A stretch of DNA of 64,000 nt. Origin: an uncultured bacterium. GTDB lineage: Bacteria; Omnitrophota; Omnitrophia; Omnitrophales; Aquincolibacteriaceae. The translations under genes were made by a program, and so were the position numbers. The first letter of the stretch is position 1; every line of letters begins with the position of its first letter. Below the pieces are notes generated by a model. It was not told the DNA's origin and searched no databases. It was given only the letters and a program-made list of their open reading frames with translations. Shown here in pieces: positions 47,686 through 54,448 of the stretch. The stretch spans positions 26,130 through 90,129 of the forward strand of contig CAYLPP010000005.1 in the NCBI GenBank assembly GCA_964385615.1. Reading direction: 5' to 3'.

Positions 47686-48402
47686 ATGAAGTTATCTATT
47701 ATTATTCCCACCTACAATGAGTATGCCACGATTGAACAGCTGATCGAGTATGTGCAGTCAGTGCGGTATCCCGTCGAGCATGAAATTATTATTGTAGATG
47801 ACGCCTCCATTGACCGTACCTATGAGAAAGAAAAAATGCTGCGCATAAAAAGCAGAAAAGAAAAAAATAATATCAGGCTCTTTAAGAACAGAATTAACCG
47901 GGGTAAAGGGTACTCGATTAGAAAAGGGATTCGCCGGGCCTCGGGCGATATCATTATTGTTCAGGATGCTGACCATGAATATGACCCTCACGACATTCCG
48001 AAGCTTTTAGAACCCCTTTTGAAAAATGAAGCGCAGGTTGTTTACGGCAGCAGATTTCTGAACCGGCCTAAGCCGGAGAGAATGGCTTTCCCGAACTGGA
48101 TTGCCAACCGGTTTCTGACTTGGCTGACCAATCTCTTGTATGGTTTGAAGCTCACGGACATGGAGACCTGTTATAAAGCTTTTAAGGCGGACATTATTAA
48201 AGGTTTAAAGCTGAAGGCAAACCGTTTTACTTTTGAACCTGAAGTCACGGCGTTAATCGCGAAGAAAAGGATTAAAATCATTGAATTGCCAATCAGTTAC
48301 AGGGGAAGAACGGCTGAAGAAGGGAAGAAAATCAAAGCGAGAGACTTTTTTTTCGCGGTTCTTATTTTGATCCGTTACTGTTTTCCGGGAGGACGCGATT
48401 AG
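47686..48402 (+). CDS. Glycosyltransferase family 2, dolichyl/undecaprenyl-phosphate sugar synthase-like (DPM1/ArnC/GtrB class)
   Basis: LSIIIPTYNEYATIEQLI … IIIVDDAS … VQDADHEY, with a Lys/Arg-rich insertion. Confidence 0.65.
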   Translation: MKLSIIIPTYNEYATIEQLIEYVQSVRYPVEHEIIIVDDASIDRTYEKEKMLRIKSRKEKNNIRLFKNRINRGKGYSIRKGIRRASGDIIIVQDADHEYDPHDIPKLLEPLLKNEAQVVYGSRFLNRPKPERMAFPNWIANRFLTWLTNLLYGLKLTDMETCYKAFKADIIKGLKLKANRFTFEPEVTALIAKKRIKIIELPISYRGRTAEEGKKIKARDFFFAVLILIRYCFPGGRD

Positions 48403-48493
48403 AACCTTTTTAAAAATAACGTCAGCGGTCTTTATTTTTTATTCAGTTCTAGCGCTTTTTCTAGGTAAATTTCTGGAGATACCGACGGATACG

Positions 48494-49591
48494 GTGAATT
48501 ATTACTCGCCCCTGGCGGTGAATCTGCTTCACGGAAATGGATATTCTGTTTCCGGGCAGTTTGTAACGGTTTATCCGCCGGGTTTCCCTCTTTTTTTAGC
48601 GTTGATTTATAAAATAACCGGTTACGCGGGAACGGAGAATGCGGTTTATCCTTGGGCCGCGGCACTGCTTCAGGCTTTTTCCTGCGGATTTATTTATTTG
48701 TGCGCGCGGCTTTATCTTTTGGAACGGACCGCGGTTACGGCCGCTTTGCTTTTGGCTTGTTATCCCTTTTTTATGCTGTTAGGAGTAACCGAGTATGTTT
48801 GGACCGCTATGCCGCTGTTTCTTTCTCTGTTTTTTTCCGCCTCTTTTTTTTATTTAAAAACGAGATTAAAGAAAACCGGATTCCTTTTGATCTTTTCAGG
48901 CTTGTTGTTTGGGGCTGCCAGCCTGGTATGGCCTGGCGGGTCTTATCTCTGGGCTGTCATGGCAATACTCGGTTTGAGCTTTCAGTTTCAGCCTCTTAAA
49001 AAAACGCTGTGGATTGCGGTTTTCACTGGCGCCTTCTGGGTTTTACCAGCCTTCTGGCATGGGTATGTTATGAAGGCAACCGGCAAAAGCGTCTGGTTTT
49101 CTGAGAACTTGGTTGGTTCCATGAAGGACGGGTTAATCCGCCATGAGGGATCCAAATTGAGAAATTTTGAAACGGCCAAGGATGGGGAACGGCTTAACCA
49201 AGCGGGTTATTTTAAAACCTCCGGAGATTTTATAAGATTTTATTTTGAAGAATTACAGACTAAACCTAACGAAACAATACGGTTTATTCTGTTTAAGCTT
49301 TTCCGGCCCTGGTACGCCACGGATTCTGAAAAGCATGAACCGTGGATTTTTTTAATTCAGATTCCCTATTTATTTTTAGGTTTTTGGGGCGCGGTGTACG
49401 CCATCCGGCAGAGGCCCTTTTTGACGGTTTTTTCTGGGATGGTTATAGTTTATTTCTGGCTCGTTTCTTTTTCGGTTTTGTCGATACTTCGATACATGAT
49501 GCCCGCGATGGGATTTGTCATGATTTGGACCGCGGTTTCTATTGAGGCGATAGCCGGCAGCATAAGGGGGATCAAAAATGAAAAAATTTGA
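48494..49591 (+). CDS. Polytopic membrane protein, GT-C-like (PMT_2/ArnT-like) candidate; N-terminus probably incomplete as annotated
   Basis: YPPGFPLFLALIY and further TM helices. The GTG start at 48494 is preceded by 91 nt of in-frame open sequence that encodes a TM helix but has no canonical start. Confidence 0.45.
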   Translation: MNYYSPLAVNLLHGNGYSVSGQFVTVYPPGFPLFLALIYKITGYAGTENAVYPWAAALLQAFSCGFIYLCARLYLLERTAVTAALLLACYPFFMLLGVTEYVWTAMPLFLSLFFSASFFYLKTRLKKTGFLLIFSGLLFGAASLVWPGGSYLWAVMAILGLSFQFQPLKKTLWIAVFTGAFWVLPAFWHGYVMKATGKSVWFSENLVGSMKDGLIRHEGSKLRNFETAKDGERLNQAGYFKTSGDFIRFYFEELQTKPNETIRFILFKLFRPWYATDSEKHEPWIFLIQIPYLFLGFWGAVYAIRQRPFLTVFSGMVIVYFWLVSFSVLSILRYMMPAMGFVMIWTAVSIEAIAGSIRGIKNEKI

Positions 49592-50768
49592 TATTTGCGT
49601 GATCGGCGGATGCGGGCATGTCGGCCTGCCGCTAGCTCTTTGTTTCGCCCAGGAAGGAAAGCGTGTCGCTATTGTTGACGTAAACGAATCAGCGGTTCGA
49701 AAAATCCGGAGCGGAAAAATGCCGTTTAAGGATGAGGGGGGTGATGAAATTCTGCCCCGTGTTCTCCGGTCTAAAAAGTTAACTGTCGATACTGATCCCC
49801 GGCTGATTTCTGAAAGTGAAAATATTATTTTTGTGCTGGGCACTCCCGTTTCAACCCATCTTTATCCCTCTTACACGCAGTTTTACGAAACGCTTCAGCG
49901 GTACATGAAATATTTTAAAAAAGAACAGCTTATCGTTTTCCGGAGCACGCTGTTCCCGGGAAGCATGAAGACAATCCGGCAAATGTTCGCGGACGCCGGG
50001 CTTCGCGTTTCTCTGGCGTTCTGCCCTGAACGCGTGGCCGAAGGCCTTGCCATCCGTGAAATTTACGAACTCCCGCAAATCGTTTCCGCGTTTGACGCGA
50101 AAAGCCGCCGCCGCGCGAAGGCGCTCTTCTCCGTTTTTACCAAGGAACTGGTAGAGCTTGAACCTTTGGAAGCAGAGCTTGGAAAACTGTTTACTAATGT
50201 GTGGCGTTACATGAAATTCGCGATCGCCAATCAGTTTTACATGATCGCTAATGACAGCCGTCTGGACTTTTATAAGATTTACAACGCGATCGTCGGCGGG
50301 TATCCGCGGCTCAAGGATATGCCCCGCGCCGGATTTGCCGCCGGGCCCTGCCTGTTTAAAGACACCATGCAGCTGGCTTCTTTTACGGACAACAGGCTGT
50401 TTTTGGGGCACGCGGCCATGCTGATTAATGAAGGCTTGCCTAGCTATTTGATTACTCAGCTCAGAAAGCGGTTCTCTCTCGAGAAAAAGCGGGTGGGCAT
50501 TTTGGGGATGGCATTTAAAGCGGAATCAGACGACAGCCGGGAATCGCTGTCGTTCAAGCTTTTGAATATTCTCCAAAAGGACTGCCGGGCTGTTTACGTC
50601 ACGGACCCCTTCGTGAAAGATCCTAGAATTCTCCCGGTTCAAGAAGTCGTTAAGAAGAGCGACATTCTGATTATTGGCGCACCGCACCGCGAGTATAAAA
50701 AACTGAATCTTTCGAAAAAAACGGTAATTGACGTTTGGAACCTTTACGGCAAGGGAGGGCTGGTCTGA
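49578..50768 (+). CDS. Nucleotide-sugar dehydrogenase (UDP-glucose/GDP-mannose dehydrogenase family)
   Basis: N-terminal ICVIGGCGHVGLPLA Rossmann motif with the family's three-domain length (~396 aa). Confidence 0.75.
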   Translation: MKKFDICVIGGCGHVGLPLALCFAQEGKRVAIVDVNESAVRKIRSGKMPFKDEGGDEILPRVLRSKKLTVDTDPRLISESENIIFVLGTPVSTHLYPSYTQFYETLQRYMKYFKKEQLIVFRSTLFPGSMKTIRQMFADAGLRVSLAFCPERVAEGLAIREIYELPQIVSAFDAKSRRRAKALFSVFTKELVELEPLEAELGKLFTNVWRYMKFAIANQFYMIANDSRLDFYKIYNAIVGGYPRLKDMPRAGFAAGPCLFKDTMQLASFTDNRLFLGHAAMLINEGLPSYLITQLRKRFSLEKKRVGILGMAFKAESDDSRESLSFKLLNILQKDCRAVYVTDPFVKDPRILPVQEVVKKSDILIIGAPHREYKKLNLSKKTVIDVWNLYGKGGLV

Positions 50769-51793
50769 TGAAAGTTCTGGTGACCGGCGCGGCCGGATTC
50801 GTGATGGGCTATCTGACCGAAGAATTGCTTCGAGCCGGGCATGAGGTTGTCGGCGTGGATAATTTCTCAAAGTACGGGAGGGTCGCCCGAAGTTACGATC
50901 AGCATCCTAAATATCAATTTGTTCAGGGAGACTGTAAAGATGTTGAGCTGATGAAGCGTTTGGCTGAGGGGTGTGATCAGGTTGTCGCCGGAGCCGCGAT
51001 GATTGGGGGGATTTCCTATTTTCACCGCTTCGCGTATGACTTGCTGGCGGAAAACGAAAGGATTCTCGCGGCCACTTTTGACGGCGCCATCTCTGCTTTT
51101 AAAGCGGGAAAGCTTTCGAGGATTATCGTGATCTCTTCTTCAATGGTGTTTGAAAATACGCCTCACTTCCCGTCGCGCGAAGGCGATCAGCTTAAATCGC
51201 CTCCGCCTTCTTCAACTTATGGGTTTCAAAAACTCGCGAGCGAGTTTTTTGCCAAAGGGGCATGGGAGCAGTATCAGCTTCCTTACACGATTTTAAGACC
51301 GTTCAATTGTGTCGGCATCGGAGAGAAAAAAGCCGTTCAGGAAGGCGGACGGATTGAAAAAGGGAATCTGGACCTCGCGCTCAGCCATGTGGTTCCGGAT
51401 TTGATCGTGAAAGTTCTCAAAGGGCAGGACCCTCTGGAGATCTTGGGTGATGGAACCCAGGTGCGCCATTACACCTACGGAGGCGATCTTGCCCGCGGGA
51501 TCCGCCTTGCCATGGAAAGCTCAAAAGCGGTGAATGAAGATTTTAATCTTTCCACGCCGGTTTCCACCACCGTTCTTCAGCTCGCGGAAATGATTTGGAA
51601 AAAAATCAACAGCCCTGGAAAACCTTTCCGGTATGTCAGCGCGGAAAAATTCGCTTACGATGTGCAGAAAAGAGTTCCTGACACTGAAAAAGCAAAAAAA
51701 ATTCTAGGTTTCAGCACTCAGACATCGCTTGATGAAATGCTCGACATTGTCATCGCGTGGATTAAAGACCAGCTCAAGCAGGGTACTTTCTGA
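50768..51793 (+). CDS. NAD-dependent epimerase/dehydratase (extended SDR; UDP-glucuronate epimerase/decarboxylase-type candidate)
   Basis: MKVLVTGAAGFVMGYL … YGFQK (YxxxK). TGATG overlap with the dehydrogenase. The track ORF from 50735 runs through the dehydrogenase 3' end. Confidence 0.7.
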   Translation: MKVLVTGAAGFVMGYLTEELLRAGHEVVGVDNFSKYGRVARSYDQHPKYQFVQGDCKDVELMKRLAEGCDQVVAGAAMIGGISYFHRFAYDLLAENERILAATFDGAISAFKAGKLSRIIVISSSMVFENTPHFPSREGDQLKSPPPSSTYGFQKLASEFFAKGAWEQYQLPYTILRPFNCVGIGEKKAVQEGGRIEKGNLDLALSHVVPDLIVKVLKGQDPLEILGDGTQVRHYTYGGDLARGIRLAMESSKAVNEDFNLSTPVSTTVLQLAEMIWKKINSPGKPFRYVSAEKFAYDVQKRVPDTEKAKKILGFSTQTSLDEMLDIVIAWIKDQLKQGTF

Positions 51794-51816
51794 ACAGCTT
51801 CCCAAAAATATCCATC

Positions 51817-52506
51817 GTGATTCCCGTCTACAATGAAGGCGGAAATATTCCGGCTTTGTTTACGGAGCTGAAAAAAAGTATCGGAAGCGGAAGCGAAATC
51901 CTGATTTGCTATGATTTTGAAGAAGACAACACGCTTCCTGAAGCCCGGAAATACCAGGCGGATTTCCCGAAGCTCAGATTTGTTAAGAATCAATTTGGAT
52001 CAGGATGTCTGGGCGCCATTAAATCCGGGTTTAAAGAAGCTTCCGGACCGGCAGTGCTTGTCATGATGGCTGATCTCTCCGACGATTTGAGTTCCGTAAG
52101 CCCCATGATGAATCTGTTTGAAGAGGGATGCGCGGTTGTGGCCGCTTCCCGCTATACGGCCGGAGGGCGTCAAATCGGAGGACCTCCCGTTAAAAAATTC
52201 CTTTCGAAAATTGCCGGGCTCTCGCTTCATTACTTTACCGGCTTGCCTTCGGTAGACCCCACGAATAATTTCAAACTCTACGCCAAATCTTTTTTGGAAA
52301 AGACGCGGATAGAAAGTGACGGCGGTTTTGAGCTGGGCCTGGAATTGACCGTGAAAGCTTATTTAAGCGGATCGAAAGTCGGAGAATGCCCGACCGTTTG
52401 GCGTGACCGGACGGCTGGAGTATCGAGGTTTCAATTCAAGAAATGGCTTCCGAAATATCTTCGATGGTACTTGTACGCAGTGAAGGGGCGCTTTTTCAAA
52501 AAATAA
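51817..52506 (+). CDS. Glycosyltransferase family 2, polyprenyl-phosphate sugar synthase-like
   Basis: (KIS)IVIPVYNEGGNIPALF … ICYDFEEDNT. The frame is open upstream of GTG 51817, so the true start is probably a few codons earlier (non-ATG). Confidence 0.6.
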   Translation: MIPVYNEGGNIPALFTELKKSIGSGSEILICYDFEEDNTLPEARKYQADFPKLRFVKNQFGSGCLGAIKSGFKEASGPAVLVMMADLSDDLSSVSPMMNLFEEGCAVVAASRYTAGGRQIGGPPVKKFLSKIAGLSLHYFTGLPSVDPTNNFKLYAKSFLEKTRIESDGGFELGLELTVKAYLSGSKVGECPTVWRDRTAGVSRFQFKKWLPKYLRWYLYAVKGRFFKK

Positions 52507-52507
52507 A

Positions 52508-54448
52508 ATGCAATCTACAGTGCTAAAAAATGAAATGCCCACGCTTTTTCGCTGGAGCTGGTTGGCGGTTTTTGGAATAGCCGTCGGCGCCGCGGTTTTT
52601 TTCCGTGCTTTTCCTTCCTTGAGCGGCGATGAATATAACTCTCTGATCGGGGCGGGAGATCTCAGGCTGAATCTGCACGCGGTCGGTTATTTTTCGCAGC
52701 TGAAAATTTGGAGCTGGATCAGCGGGTCTGATTTATGGCTTCGCGGGTTATCTTTAATTTGGGCTGCCGCGGGGCTTTGGGCTTTTATGAAACTGGGAGA
52801 AAAAACGGAACTTCCGCGTCCGGTGATTCTTAACAGCGGTTTATTGCTGGCGGTAAACGCTTTTTTTCTCCAGTACGCTTTTCAGGTACGGTTTTACGCG
52901 TTATTCGCGGCCGCGAGCACCCTCTGGTTCGCTCTGCTGGCCGGAATCGTTGTCCGCCGTGAAAAGGTTAATTGGGTTTTGCTTTTATTTTCGGCGCTTC
53001 TTCTGGTGTCTTCTCATTTATTTGGGTGGATGGTCATCGCTATGGGAGGTATTCTGGTTTTTTGGTTCCGCTGCACCAGAACGACAAAGATAATCTTACT
53101 CGCGTCTATTTTTATTCTTCTCGCGTTATTTTACACCAAACCAGTTCAGGATATTTTGACCCGCCTGGTTTATAAAACGACACTTCCGCTTGAACAAATT
53201 CCGGCTGCGGGTCCCAGAGGGTTGACCACGGCTATGATTTTTAAATTCCCTCTGACTTTTTTCTTTTTCGCTTTAGGCGAAAGAGTTTACCCTCTTTCCT
53301 GGATTTCGGCGGCTGGGGTTCCTATTATAGGTACGGCGTTCATTTTGGGCTGTATCCGTCTGAGACATTTTCCTTTTCTGAGTTCAATCGCGGTTCTTTG
53401 CCTGGCGAGTATCGCTGCGTTATTTCTGATTTTTGATCCGCTGGCGCCGCCTTCACTTCAGGGTGCCGCGGCCCGTTACGTCATTTACGCGCTTCCTTTT
53501 TTCGTGATGATTTGCGCGCTGGGCGCGCATGAGCGCCCGGTTCTTTGTTTTTTGGTGTGGGGTATTACGCTTTTTGCTTTTGCTTCATTCACAAAACCTT
53601 TCTGGAGTTCCAGTCAGATCGATTTAATGGATTGGGAAAAACAGTTTAGGTCCGATATTGTTGACCCTGCGAAAACATGCGTGGTTTCGGATGGAAGAGC
53701 CCAAGGAGCCGTGACCCGTTATCTTCCCGCCGGCGTACGTCTTGCGGATAATCCCGAAGCTTGCCTGGGCTTTGACCGCGTTTTAATCGCTTCGGCGAAT
53801 TTTGATTTAAAAGCCATCCGGTATCTGGATTCTCAAAACGCGAAACTTGCCTCGGATTACCAACTTGTTCGAAACACCAACGCTTTTCCCAATCAATTAA
53901 CAGTTTATGAGAAAAAAGCTTCAAAAAATTTAACCTTAGATTTTGCACCGGACCGGCTGGGTCTTCCGGAACAAGACCTTCGTTTTCCTCTTGTGATTCG
54001 AAACGGCCGGTTACTGAATGGTTTTGTCCGGCTGGATGAATTCCGATCCGCGTACGAATTTCAGTCCGTTCCAAAGGGAAAATTCCGTCTTTTAATCAAT
54101 TATCGGGAACTGGGCCTCGTGACTCCGGGCGAGCCGGTCGCGGCTGTCCGGTGGCACAGCCTCGACGGAACTTTTACTGAAACCCCTCTGCGCGCCGGTA
54201 TTGAAACGGCTGCCTGGGACGGCCATTGCGGCAGCTGCGCTGAAGAAGCAGGCTGGACAAAACGGCTGCATTTACTTGGAGCCCAAAGTTACCCCGGAGC
54301 CTACCGCCAGTACCGGGCTGGAATTTGGTCTGTGGAAATGGTTTCGCCGTCTTCCGCGGTTAAAGCAGAGCTAGTGAAACTCCATCCAAATGCCGTTATT
54401 TACTTTTGGGGAAATGAACCTTCAAGCCCGGAAAAAACCAATGCTTAA
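52508..54448 (+). CDS. GT-C-like polytopic membrane protein with a C-terminal soluble domain (putative periplasmic-acting glycosyltransferase)
   Basis: About 11 TM helices in the first 380 aa. The first loop has SLSGDEYNSLIGAGDL (DE motif). C-terminal domain of about 260 aa. Confidence 0.45.
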   Translation: MQSTVLKNEMPTLFRWSWLAVFGIAVGAAVFFRAFPSLSGDEYNSLIGAGDLRLNLHAVGYFSQLKIWSWISGSDLWLRGLSLIWAAAGLWAFMKLGEKTELPRPVILNSGLLLAVNAFFLQYAFQVRFYALFAAASTLWFALLAGIVVRREKVNWVLLLFSALLLVSSHLFGWMVIAMGGILVFWFRCTRTTKIILLASIFILLALFYTKPVQDILTRLVYKTTLPLEQIPAAGPRGLTTAMIFKFPLTFFFFALGERVYPLSWISAAGVPIIGTAFILGCIRLRHFPFLSSIAVLCLASIAALFLIFDPLAPPSLQGAAARYVIYALPFFVMICALGAHERPVLCFLVWGITLFAFASFTKPFWSSSQIDLMDWEKQFRSDIVDPAKTCVVSDGRAQGAVTRYLPAGVRLADNPEACLGFDRVLIASANFDLKAIRYLDSQNAKLASDYQLVRNTNAFPNQLTVYEKKASKNLTLDFAPDRLGLPEQDLRFPLVIRNGRLLNGFVRLDEFRSAYEFQSVPKGKFRLLINYRELGLVTPGEPVAAVRWHSLDGTFTETPLRAGIETAAWDGHCGSCAEEAGWTKRLHLLGAQSYPGAYRQYRAGIWSVEMVSPSSAVKAELVKLHPNAVIYFWGNEPSSPEKTNA

